The translations under genes and the position numbers were made by a program. A DNA stretch of 64,000 nt, taken from positions 64,001 to 128,000 of the forward strand of contig JAVZHX010000001.1 of the NCBI GenBank assembly GCA_038871515.1, read 5' to 3'. Shown in pieces: positions 1-8,978 of the stretch. The DNA is from Candidatus Micrarchaeia archaeon (GTDB lineage Archaea > Micrarchaeota > Micrarchaeia > Burarchaeales > Fermentimicrarchaeaceae). The stretch's first letter is position 1, and every line of letters begins with the position of its first letter. Under the pieces are notes generated by a model. That model did no database searches. It saw nothing but the letters and a program-made list of their open reading frames with translations, and was not told where the DNA came from.

Positions 1-755
1 CTTATTCTGTGTACATACAACACCGTTTATCAATATCGTTTCATTCTTGCTTGGGATGAGACGGAGTTTCAGATAACTTGTATCTGAGTAAACTTTAGCC
101 TTGCAGAAGAACTCGCTAGACTGGAAAATACACTCCAACCTTGGTGGTTCAGGGGTATACTCAAGCTCAGAAACACGTAGGTAAAAAACCACAAATATTC
201 CCGCAATACTAAGTAGGGTAAGGAGCGCAATGCGTATAGGGCTAAATCATACGTTTTCTCTGGTTTCTTTTCTACGATGTGAGTTATATCCTCAGATTTT
301 TGTCTGGCGGATATTTTCTGAGCTACAACTCCTCCGGCCATCCCCAATACCCCACCCACGATAATGTAAAATGTAATTCTTATCAACAGCTCAACTGCTA
401 TTGCCGTCACGGATCTAGCCCAGACTGCAGACACGTCTTCTCCCTCCTCCACTCTAAGAGGAGAAACAAAACGTACAAAATAGCCATACCCTCCTCCGAA
501 TATAAGTAAAGCTACAAGCAACCTTGGCAATATGTAAGACATATAATTAACCAATGCTCCTGTCAGACCCGCTTCTATCAAGTCCAACCCATATTTCCTC
601 ACTGCTGAGTAGCCAGCATAGAGAAGAATAATGCTACTAAGTAGTGGGGATAAGCAACATAATAAAGACAGTACTGGATCAAACATTGGAATGCCCACGA
701 TGAGCAGCGCAATTGTTGGAATTAAGGATGCTCTCAGTATCTTCTTCCACTTCAT
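1..755 (-). pseudogene. Multi-pass membrane protein, apparently frameshifted near nt 245 and continuing into a TM helix plus pilin-like domain that runs off the window
   Basis: ORF 69..755 has about 4 hydrophobic helices. After KTYD an alternative frame reads FSPIRIALLTLLSIAGIFVVFYLR...LECIFQSSEFFCKAKVYSDTSYLKLRLIPSKNETILINGVVCTQNK with no stop to nt 1. Could be a sequencing error. Confidence 0.55.
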
Positions 756-778
756 TCAACCACCTAGAGAATTCAAAT

Positions 779-1195
779 TTAACTTTTGTATGCTGCTCGC
801 ATAATTATAGGGTAGAACATTATAAACATGAATACTAGTAACAAAATTGCTCCAGATAACAACGTCAGAATAAGCGTGATAAATAGCATTCTCTCATTCA
901 GCTTCTTTTGGTTGATATTCGCCCAAGTCCACACTGTAAGCCCAATAATTCCACCTAAAAATAAGAAAATAACCAGAGTCGTTAAATCATCCATTTCTTC
1001 AAGCTTTTTATTGAAGACTTGCTCGTTCTTTCGTAGTTTATTAATGATGATCAAAAACATGTAGAACATTAAAAGTATAATCAGCATTACTAGTGAGGAA
1101 AAAAAATTCATATGGAAAACAAAAAACAGCATAGCAAATAATAGCACCACAACAAAAGCCAATAGCAAGTTGCGCTCTACTTTGAACATATTCAT
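779..1195 (-). CDS. Hypothetical membrane protein (about 4 TM)
   Basis: 138-aa ORF with four hydrophobic stretches; AT-rich DNA. Confidence 0.6.
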   Translation of the reverse strand: MNMFKVERNLLLAFVVVLLFAMLFFVFHMNFFSSLVMLIILLMFYMFLIIINKLRKNEQVFNKKLEEMDDLTTLVIFLFLGGIIGLTVWTWANINQKKLNERMLFITLILTLLSGAILLLVFMFIMFYPIIMRAAYKS

Positions 1196-1346
1196 ACTTC
1201 CTACTAGTTTGATGCTTTTTGAGCTATATAAATTTACTCTTTACGAGACTGAGTTTTATAAATATATTTTGTGGATGGTTTGTTGGCGGATTATCAGTCC
1301 ATCAGAAGGTATACGAGATTGTGAAGTCCACACTATTGCATGCCCC

Positions 1347-1520
1347 TTACAGTCTCTTCTTTTTCTTCTCTATCTCCTTTTTGAATTTTTCTATTTCTTT
1401 CTCATAATAATATACCAAATCAACATCCTTATCCTCGATGGCTCTGGAAAGCTTCTTTGAATGTTTATAGATCTGTCTTTCCAAGCTTTCAATCCCTTTT
1501 CTAATTCTCTTTTTTGACAT
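1347..1520 (-). CDS. Small basic helical protein, 57 aa (absent from the ORF track)
   Basis: Hand translation: MSKKRIRKGIESLERQIYKHSKKLSRAIEDKDVDLVYYYEKEIEKFKKEIEKKKKRL. SD-like GAGGTGA just upstream; overlaps the end of the nucleotidyltransferase gene by 20 nt. Confidence 0.75.
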   Translation of the reverse strand: MSKKRIRKGIESLERQIYKHSKKLSRAIEDKDVDLVYYYEKEIEKFKKEIEKKKKRL

Positions 1521-2400
1521 CTTTCACCTCTTGAAGGAGATCCTCTAGTGCATCAACTAGCTTTACAAGCTCCTTTTTACTCATAGCGTATGCCTTTCTG
1601 CCATCTTTCTTTTCATTCCTATATACCTCAAAAGCTTTTTTAACAAGTTTTTTATCCTTAACAAATTCATTGAGCTTGTTTCTAACAGTCTCATAATCAG
1701 CACTTCCAGTTTCTAATATGCAGAGCAACCTGGCACGTAAAAAACAGGAGTAGCAAATGGCACCAATTATCCCATCGTCTATTTTAAAATTCAACATTTT
1801 TCTATTTATCTGTATTGCGCTCTCAGTTAATTCTAAATATTCTGAAATTTTCTCCTTTGGAATTTTGTACCCTCTTATCAACTCCGCCAAGCCATCCCCA
1901 AGTATTATCACACCTTTGTTTACGGCTTGTTTTAGCAAAAGAGGCTCAAAATTCAAATTGGCAATAAATTTTTCAGTTGTTAGAATATGCAAATCCAATT
2001 TTTCCATTCCTCCCAAAGCTTTCTCAATCTTTTCTTTGATTTCTTTGGGGACTACCAAAATGATATCGATGTCCCGTTTATCCCTCTCTTTCTTATCCAC
2101 AATTGAGCCGTATACTACAAAAAGCTGAAGCTCATTCAAAAATGGCAACAGGTTATCTACGATTTCGGATAGAGATGGGTGAGTATTTATTATCTGCGTT
2201 ATTCTCAGCCACCTCTCAGGTGCTATTGCGATATAGCGGCCTTTTGCAGGGGAAAAAATAGCCTTTTCAATTTTTAATTTGTATAACTCTTTTTTTGTTC
2301 TTTCCTTTTCAAAATTTAGTAAGGCAGATGCTCTATCCAAATCTAGCTCTTTTTCCCTAGAGAGTTTTGTAAGATATCCAAGTTGCCTGCTGCTTAACAT
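1501..2400 (-). CDS. HTH plus Pol-beta-family (MNT-like) nucleotidyltransferase domain protein
   Basis: VVYGS...DIDIILV motif, N-terminal wHTH-like segment and C-terminal helical bundle. Start chosen at ATG 2400, about 25 nt downstream of a TATA-like TTTAAATA; the ORF track extends to 2439. Confidence 0.75.
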   Translation of the reverse strand: MLSSRQLGYLTKLSREKELDLDRASALLNFEKERTKKELYKLKIEKAIFSPAKGRYIAIAPERWLRITQIINTHPSLSEIVDNLLPFLNELQLFVVYGSIVDKKERDKRDIDIILVVPKEIKEKIEKALGGMEKLDLHILTTEKFIANLNFEPLLLKQAVNKGVIILGDGLAELIRGYKIPKEKISEYLELTESAIQINRKMLNFKIDDGIIGAICYSCFLRARLLCILETGSADYETVRNKLNEFVKDKKLVKKAFEVYRNEKKDGRKAYAMSKKELVKLVDALEDLLQEVKDVKKEN

Positions 2401-2634
2401 GGTCTCTATTATAGTGACCTTAATATTTAAAGCTTTCATTAGTTTTTGTAAGATTTATTGTTTTACTAACTTTAAATGTTATGGAGTATTGCTTTTAGCC
2501 TTAACAGCGACACCTAACCAGAACCATCAGCTCCTCACACTCTTTCTGGTCCCTAAGCAATATCTCTTTGTATCTAACTTCCGGGGTTTTATGGTTAACC
2601 ACACCATCACGGCATGATAAATAGAAGCACTTAG

Positions 2635-5600
2635 TTACGTGTTGAACTGCACTCCAACTATCTTTGAACCCTGCTTCGTCCTTGTCACCCCAATTGCAAC
2701 GTCTGCTGAGGTGAGAACTGCATCGTTGTGGGTTACAACAATGAATTGCGTATCCTTCGAGAGTTCTTTCAGAAGTTTTGATAACTTCACGCTGTTCTCC
2801 TTATCAAGCGATGCGTCTGCCTCATCCAACAAATAGAACGGAGCTGGCTTGCACATGTGAATTGCAAAAACAAATAATAATGTGAGGAGCGATTTCTCAC
2901 CTCCAGACATGGATTCAATGAACTTTGTTTCTCCTTTCTCTGTTTTCACCTGAATCTGCAAACCGCTTTCCAAAGGTGTTTCCGGGTTTTGTAAAACCAA
3001 GTCCCCCTCTCCCTCAAACGCATAACCAAAAAGCTTTCTGAAGTTGCTTCTGACTGCCTCGAAAGTTTCCATAAATATCGCAGACTTCTTCTTCTCAATT
3101 TCATCAATCATGTTCTGAATTGCTTTCTTCTCCTCGTCAAGCTTCTGAACCTTTTCCTTAATTTCCTTTATATCCCTGCTCTTCTCCTCATACAATTCAG
3201 GTGCTTTCAGATTTACATTCCCAAGCGCAGCAAGTTGTTGCTCCCCCTCAGCAATTCTCGCCTCAATCTCCTCCTTTGTTCCAGGCACTTGTTCTATGTC
3301 TTGGTAGGAGGCGCACTCTGTTTTCAGGTCAGCAAGCCTGGTTTCAAGGTTTGATTTCATCACCTCATACCTTGCCAAATCCTTGAAAAACTTCTCGTAG
3401 TTGAAACCGCTTTTTCCTTTCTCAAGCGCAAGCGCCTCAATCTGCCTTTCAATTGAGTTTCTCTCCTCAAAAAGTTTCTCCAAATCAGCGCTGACGTTTT
3501 TTATTTTGTTGCTTTTTTCCTCATATAATTTATTATCCCTCTGCAGAGATGCTTCCAGCTCGTTAATTTCACTTCGCAGTTTGTTTAACTCTTTCCTCAA
3601 CGGCTCGCACTCCTCGTCAATTCCCTGTGCTCTTTTTTTGATAACCTCAAGCTCCGCGGTGCACCTAGCAAGCTCGGATTCAAATGATGTTTTTGTTGAG
3701 TTAAAATCATTAAGCTGCTTCTCAAACTCAGCCATCTTTCTCTTGAACTGCTCCTCCTTCTCAACGTCAAGCTGCTTCACAACTTCCTCAGAGGCTTTCT
3801 GCAAATCGCTGATTTCGGTTTTAAGCTTTTCAATTTCAGTATTCTTTTCAGCAATTTCTTTTGAACATTTTTCAATTTCCTCCTTCAAAGAAGAGAGAGC
3901 TTTCAAATGCTCCTCTCTACCTTTCTTTTCTCTCTCCTCAACTTGGAGTATGTGAGAGAGCTCAAGCTCCATTCCTTTTATTTTAACTTCAAGCTCGCTT
4001 TTCTCCTTCCTCCTCTTGCCCATCTCTTCTCTTATTGAGTAAAGGGAGTTCACAATTCCATCTCTCTCTGCCTTTATCTCCTGAAGCTGGGCGTTCAGCC
4101 TCTCCGCCTCCGCTCTCTCCTTGGCAAGCGATGAAACTCTTTTCATAACTCCTCCTGTTATCGCTCCAGAAACTTCAAGCAAATCTCCCTCCATAGTTAC
4201 CATTCTTATCTTACCTATTCCAACTCTCTTGCCAGCTTCTATATTTTCAATAAGCAAAGTATCTCCAAAAACAAACTGAAAAACATTTGAATACTTTGCG
4301 TCAAAGCTCACAACTTCAATTAAAAACCCTTTTGAACCTTCCTTTCTGCTCAGCTCCTTCTGCTCATCAGTTATGAAGCGCGCTTTCACGTCAAGGGGTA
4401 TGAATGTGCATCTGCCTGCCTTTGTTTTTTTCAAATATTCAATTGCTTTCGCAGCAGTGTCAACATCCTCAACAACTATGTAATCCAACCTGTTTCCAGC
4501 AGCTGCTTCTATTGCTGTGGCGTATTGCTCATCAAAGCTGCAAAGCTCCCCAACGGTTCCATAAACCCCGGGAAGCATTCCTTTCTGCTTCAGCTCAAGC
4601 ACTGCTTTCACTCCCTGGTTTGTTTCCTTCAATGCTTCAAGCTTGCTTGAGAGAGTTACGTATTTTTCCTTCACCTCAAGCAACATTCTCTCGGTAGTTG
4701 GCAGCCTCTGGTTCAGCTCCTTCTCCCTCTCAAAAAGGGATGAGAGCTGCTTATCTATCTCCTCGCTGAGCTTTTTCAGCTCCTCAATCTCCTGTTTTAT
4801 TTCGCTTTCCCTCTCCTTTTTCTCGGATGGAAGCTGTGATTCAAGTCTTCTCAGCTCCATCTCAGCAAACTGCTTTTTACTACCAAGCTTTTCAACCTCA
4901 ACCTCGAGGTTTCGTATTCTTTCCTTCCTCTCCTCAAGCTGTTTCGTTATGTTTGCTGATTTCAGCTTAGCTTCATAAAACTCCTTCCCAAGCGCCTCCC
5001 CTTTTGAAACTCTATCTCTTTCATTAAGGAATGAGAGAGTCTGTCTCTCAACATCTGATATTTTTTCTTTTATGTTTGCCGATTCCTCCGAAAGCTGAAT
5101 CATCCTCGCATTCAAAGATATTTTCTCATTTTCAAGAGAGCTCAGCCGTTGCTTCAACCTTTCAACTTCCCTCTCCTTCTGCTCCTTGCTTCCAATTGCA
5201 AGGTTTATTGAGGTTTTAAGCTGTTCAACTTCCATAACAAGCGAGCTTTTCTCCCTCTCAGCCTTCTCGTTTATCTGCTGCGTTATTTTATTCTTCCTCT
5301 CCTCAAGCTCCTTTATCTTCGCATCTATCTCAGCAACTTTTTTGCTCACTTCCTCCTCCTGGCTTTTCAGCTCAAGATACTTGTTGGTGACTCTTGTGAA
5401 CTCCTTCTCAACTTTTTTCAATTCAATGAAAAGCAACGAACCCCTGTACTTTCTCAAACCAGCATTAATTTCATTATACTTCAACGCATCGTTTCTCTCC
5501 TTCTCAAGCTCGGAGAGGAAGCCCTCCCTCTCCTTAAGAACAATTGTTGCATCGTTTATTTTCTGCTCAACCTTGCTCAATTCAAGAAGCGCTTCCTTCT

Positions 5601-6078
5601 TCTTCTCCTCAAACTCAGAAATTCCCGCAACAGAGTCAATTATCTCCCTTCTTTCCTTTGGATTTATGTCAACTATCTTCTCCACTTCACCTTGTGCTAT
5701 TATGTTATGGTTTCCTACCGCCACCCCTATTCTAGCAAGCTCATCAATTATTGAGGTGCGGGTCATTCTTTTCCCATCAAGCCTGTAGATTGTTTTGCCA
5801 TCCTTCCTTATTGCTCTTTTCACCTCGTGCTTCTTCTCGCCGTTGAACTGCACGTATATTTCAGCCTTCTCCGAACCGTGAGAGATTAAATCCGCAACCT
5901 TCTTCGCCCTGAGGGATTTGAGGCTGTTCTCCCCAAGAGCAAAACGGATAGAATCAACAATATTTGACTTTCCACTTCCATTCGGGCCTGCTAGGCATAC
6001 AAACCCTTTTGATAGGGGTATGTCAGCATACCTAAAAGATTTGAATCTCTTCAGCTTCACTCTTTCTATGTAAACCAT
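2635..6078 (-). CDS. smc: Chromosome segregation protein SMC
   Basis: Walker A GPNGSGKSN, Q-loop IIAQGEV, long coiled coils, hinge (GVYGTVGEL...GRCTFIPL), signature MSGGEKS, Walker B YLLDEAD. Confidence 0.97.
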   Translation of the reverse strand: MVYIERVKLKRFKSFRYADIPLSKGFVCLAGPNGSGKSNIVDSIRFALGENSLKSLRAKKVADLISHGSEKAEIYVQFNGEKKHEVKRAIRKDGKTIYRLDGKRMTRTSIIDELARIGVAVGNHNIIAQGEVEKIVDINPKERREIIDSVAGISEFEEKKKEALLELSKVEQKINDATIVLKEREGFLSELEKERNDALKYNEINAGLRKYRGSLLFIELKKVEKEFTRVTNKYLELKSQEEEVSKKVAEIDAKIKELEERKNKITQQINEKAEREKSSLVMEVEQLKTSINLAIGSKEQKEREVERLKQRLSSLENEKISLNARMIQLSEESANIKEKISDVERQTLSFLNERDRVSKGEALGKEFYEAKLKSANITKQLEERKERIRNLEVEVEKLGSKKQFAEMELRRLESQLPSEKKERESEIKQEIEELKKLSEEIDKQLSSLFEREKELNQRLPTTERMLLEVKEKYVTLSSKLEALKETNQGVKAVLELKQKGMLPGVYGTVGELCSFDEQYATAIEAAAGNRLDYIVVEDVDTAAKAIEYLKKTKAGRCTFIPLDVKARFITDEQKELSRKEGSKGFLIEVVSFDAKYSNVFQFVFGDTLLIENIEAGKRVGIGKIRMVTMEGDLLEVSGAITGGVMKRVSSLAKERAEAERLNAQLQEIKAERDGIVNSLYSIREEMGKRRKEKSELEVKIKGMELELSHILQVEEREKKGREEHLKALSSLKEEIEKCSKEIAEKNTEIEKLKTEISDLQKASEEVVKQLDVEKEEQFKRKMAEFEKQLNDFNSTKTSFESELARCTAELEVIKKRAQGIDEECEPLRKELNKLRSEINELEASLQRDNKLYEEKSNKIKNVSADLEKLFEERNSIERQIEALALEKGKSGFNYEKFFKDLARYEVMKSNLETRLADLKTECASYQDIEQVPGTKEEIEARIAEGEQQLAALGNVNLKAPELYEEKSRDIKEIKEKVQKLDEEKKAIQNMIDEIEKKKSAIFMETFEAVRSNFRKLFGYAFEGEGDLVLQNPETPLESGLQIQVKTEKGETKFIESMSGGEKSLLTLLFVFAIHMCKPAPFYLLDEADASLDKENSVKLSKLLKELSKDTQFIVVTHNDAVLTSADVAIGVTRTKQGSKIVGVQFNT

Positions 6079-6174
6079 AAACTCCCCAGAACGCACCTCT
6101 TCTTTTCACTGATCGCCACTATTTTTTTGATTTGGGTATTTATAAACCTAACGAGACGGTAAATTTCCATTGAA

Positions 6175-7497
6175 CTATGGTTTTATGCCAAGCTGCCTGT
6201 AGAGAAGCTCCTTGTCAAGAGGTATCTCAAGCCCAAGAGCTTTATGAATGAACGCGAAGATTTCAACTGCGAGCTTTGGCTCTATACCACTGGTTTTCAC
6301 TATATCCTTCAGTGTTGCTTTCTTATCTATCAATTCGTAAAGTAAAATTCCATCTCTTTTGTATTTATTGTATATAACCAAACCCTCCTCTCCGTATAAC
6401 TCTTTAATTTCATTCGGAGTAAGCTGTTTCAGTTTCACCAATCCTCTCTCAGCAAGCGATGAAATTAAGCTGTCAAGATGAGCAGGATGAATTTTTGTTT
6501 CTTTCACAATTCTCACATTTGTCCTTTTTCCGTTCATTGAGGAAAATGCTTTCACTCCTTCATTCCCGTATTTTCTTAGAATATCCGTTTCTGTTTTTAA
6601 CTTTGTGAGTAGGTTCATTCCAGTTAAAGTTGGTATGTATATCTCGTTGGTATCAAAGGTTATCTGAGCAGGCTTTGGTAACTCAACTGGTTTTGGTTTC
6701 TCGGGCGGTTTTGGAAGCTCAGCAGGTTTTTCAACTGGTTTTGGAGGTTCAATAGGAACTTTCTTTTCAACAGGTGGCTGAGGAGGCGATTTCATTATTG
6801 GCTTCTCCATCGCTTCCTTCGGTTTCTCAAGCTTTATTATTCCCTCGGAATTCATGAACTCAAGTATTTTCACAAGCTCCTCCTCGCTCATCTTTGTCTG
6901 GTTGAGTATATCGCGCGGTGTTTTCAACTCATCAATCAATGAATAGACATTCAAACCTGCCTCGCCAAACCGCTCGTATAGTTTTTTCTCAAGAGGAGTT
7001 TGTGGTATGCGTTGGGGTAGCTGCACTTCAGGTTTTTTCTCAGGGAGCTCTGGTGGTTTGACTTCTGTTTTTTGCGGTTCTAATATTTTTGGTGGTTCTG
7101 GCTGTTTTGGAAGTTCCGGAGCTGGTGGCTTCTCAGCTTCCTTCACCATCATCATCTCAAGCGCAGAGCTTTTCTCCTTAACTTCCTCTGTTTTTACCAG
7201 TGGTATGGGGGGTATTTCTTTTGGAACAGGAGCTTCCTTAACAGCAAGCTCTGGTGGTTTTTGCATTTCTCCTTTGAATGCTTCTTTCTGCCCAAGGTAG
7301 TTAATTATATCCAAAAACTTATCCTCTCTCATTCCAACTTTCTTCATTATCTCCTCAGCGCTTGACTTCCCGTCGATGAGGAGGTAAACCTTAACCCCTT
7401 CAGCTCCGTATCTGTCTGCAAGCTCCTTCTCCAGTTTATACCTCTCAACCGCACCGAGAGGCTTTTTCTCCAGTATTTTTTTAGACAAGTCCTCCAT
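6175..7497 (-). CDS. Protein with four tandem winged-helix-like repeats and Pro/Lys/Glu-rich linkers
   Basis: Unit (Y/F)GxEGxxVYxxIxxxxTxxEI...L..I occurs four times, with PEK-rich spacers. Confidence 0.75.
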   Translation of the reverse strand: MEDLSKKILEKKPLGAVERYKLEKELADRYGAEGVKVYLLIDGKSSAEEIMKKVGMREDKFLDIINYLGQKEAFKGEMQKPPELAVKEAPVPKEIPPIPLVKTEEVKEKSSALEMMMVKEAEKPPAPELPKQPEPPKILEPQKTEVKPPELPEKKPEVQLPQRIPQTPLEKKLYERFGEAGLNVYSLIDELKTPRDILNQTKMSEEELVKILEFMNSEGIIKLEKPKEAMEKPIMKSPPQPPVEKKVPIEPPKPVEKPAELPKPPEKPKPVELPKPAQITFDTNEIYIPTLTGMNLLTKLKTETDILRKYGNEGVKAFSSMNGKRTNVRIVKETKIHPAHLDSLISSLAERGLVKLKQLTPNEIKELYGEEGLVIYNKYKRDGILLYELIDKKATLKDIVKTSGIEPKLAVEIFAFIHKALGLEIPLDKELLYRQLGIKP

Positions 7498-7519
7498 CGC
7501 CCCACTCCTTAGAATAAGT

Positions 7520-7801
7520 TTATTTCATCATTTTCTCCATTTCAACCTCATAAACTGTCTTGAGCTGGATGAGGTTTTCCTGCTCCATGAAGCTCAGAAT
7601 TTCCATAAGCTTCTTCTCATCAACTCCCACTTCTGCCTTTATTTCCTCAGCATTCTTCATTGAATTAACCGAAAGATAAACCTTTATTCCCTCATCCCCG
7701 AATTTTTCGTATAGTTTGCTTTCTGCCTTGAACCTCTCAAACGCGCTCAGCTCTTTTTTTATTGGTATTATTCCTATAAGCTCCCCACCCATTTCATTCA
7801 T
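7520..7801 (-). CDS. Single-repeat paralog of the winged-helix-like unit (93 aa)
   Basis: ESKLYEKFGDEGIKVYLSV...LMEILSFMEQENLIQLK aligns by eye with repeat 2 of 6175..7497 (EKKLYERFGEAGLNVYSLI...LVKILEFMNSEGIIKLE). Confidence 0.75.
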   Translation of the reverse strand: MNEMGGELIGIIPIKKELSAFERFKAESKLYEKFGDEGIKVYLSVNSMKNAEEIKAEVGVDEKKLMEILSFMEQENLIQLKTVYEVEMEKMMK

Positions 7802-7869
7802 AGTTTCCCCTCTGTCTATATTGATATAATACCAAACCTTTATTAATAATTACCAGTGAAAATCCATAC

Positions 7870-8451
7870 ATGGCTCGCCAGGATGTCACGATAAGCACGG
7901 GTGTGGATGACCTTGTGAGACTTGTTAGGGAGAGGGAGAGAATTGAGTTAAGAGAAGCTGCGGTTGAGCTTGGGCTTTCTCAGGGTGTGATTGAGGAGTG
8001 GGCGAAAGTGCTTGAGAAGGAAGGAGTGGTGAGAATAGAGTACCAGCTTACAAAAGTTTATTTGACAACGCCAACTCCGGGAAAAACAGAAGCACAGAAG
8101 AAGGCGAAGGAGATAAGCGATATGCAGGTAACCCTTGCCAGAGAGCTGGAGACACAGCTTAAAAGAGTGGAGAGAGTTGGAAGGGAGCTTGATGAAATGA
8201 GAAATGAATTTGTTGGTGTTTCAAAAACTTTTGAGGAGAAGCTGGCGAATGTGAGGCAGAGGGTGAGGGAGCTGGATTCGCTGGAAAAGCAATACCTTGA
8301 GCTGTGCTATAGAATCTCCTGCGCAAACGAGAGATTGCTCTCTGATGCTGAAGCGCTTAGAAAAAGTATAGAGGAATGCGAGAAGAAGCTTGATAGAATA
8401 AGGAAGGTGAGGGAGGAGTTTGAAGCTCCGGCAAAGAGTGGAGGAAAATGA
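7870..8451 (+). CDS. N-terminal winged-helix plus coiled-coil protein
   Basis: IELREAAVELGLSQGVIEEWAKVLEKEGVVRIEY HTH pattern, then heptad-rich C-terminus; TATA-like TTTATTAA about 25 nt upstream. Confidence 0.75.
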   Translation: MARQDVTISTGVDDLVRLVRERERIELREAAVELGLSQGVIEEWAKVLEKEGVVRIEYQLTKVYLTTPTPGKTEAQKKAKEISDMQVTLARELETQLKRVERVGRELDEMRNEFVGVSKTFEEKLANVRQRVRELDSLEKQYLELCYRISCANERLLSDAEALRKSIEECEKKLDRIRKVREEFEAPAKSGGK

Positions 8452-8978
8452 ACGGAAAGAAAGAGGAGCTCAAAGAAATGTTCAGCAGAAGTTTGGGGCA
8501 AGTTGAGAGAGAAAAGGAAGTTAATAGAGTTGTTAGTGAATTGGAGAGTAGTTGGAGCAGGTATAACGCTGAGCTTGTTGAGATAAGGAAGAGGACGCAC
8601 GCAGGCAGAATTGGTGAGTTGGAGGGGAAGAGAAGGGAGCTTCAGGGGAAAGTTGAGAAGAAAATGGAGGAAGTAAGAAAGGAGCTTGATGGGTTGCATA
8701 AGATGATTGAGAAGTATGAGAAGAAAATAAGGGAAAAGGATGAGGCTGAAAGGGAGCTGATGGCGCTTGAGGAAATTAAGGTTATGCTTAGCGAAAGGCT
8801 GAGGAGGATTATGGAAAGGGTAAGCAGGCTGAAGGTGAGGAAGGGCTCGGATATTGAAAAGCTACTTTCTGAAGCAAGAGAGCTTGAGGTGGAAGTTGAG
8901 AGAAGCGGGGAGGAGGTTCTGGATTTTGAGAGGGAGTACAGCAAATTCCTCAGCATAATGAAGGAGTTGAGTGGATAA
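8448..8978 (+). CDS. Coiled-coil hypothetical protein
   Basis: E/K/R-rich heptads; ATGA overlap with the previous gene. Confidence 0.7.
   Translation: MNGKKEELKEMFSRSLGQVEREKEVNRVVSELESSWSRYNAELVEIRKRTHAGRIGELEGKRRELQGKVEKKMEEVRKELDGLHKMIEKYEKKIREKDEAERELMALEEIKVMLSERLRRIMERVSRLKVRKGSDIEKLLSEARELEVEVERSGEEVLDFEREYSKFLSIMKELSG

Noticed and set aside
2440..2634. Intergenic stretch checked for a C/D box RNA or gene remnant
   Set aside because: No complete box C/box D pair and no recognisable peptide.
2639..5788. Long plus-strand Ser/Phe/Leu-rich ORFs opposite smc, and similar antisense ORFs opposite polB, infB, tuf and the Cys-rich genes
   Set aside because: Shadow frames produced by biased Glu/Lys or Cys codon use on the coding strand; no independent motifs.
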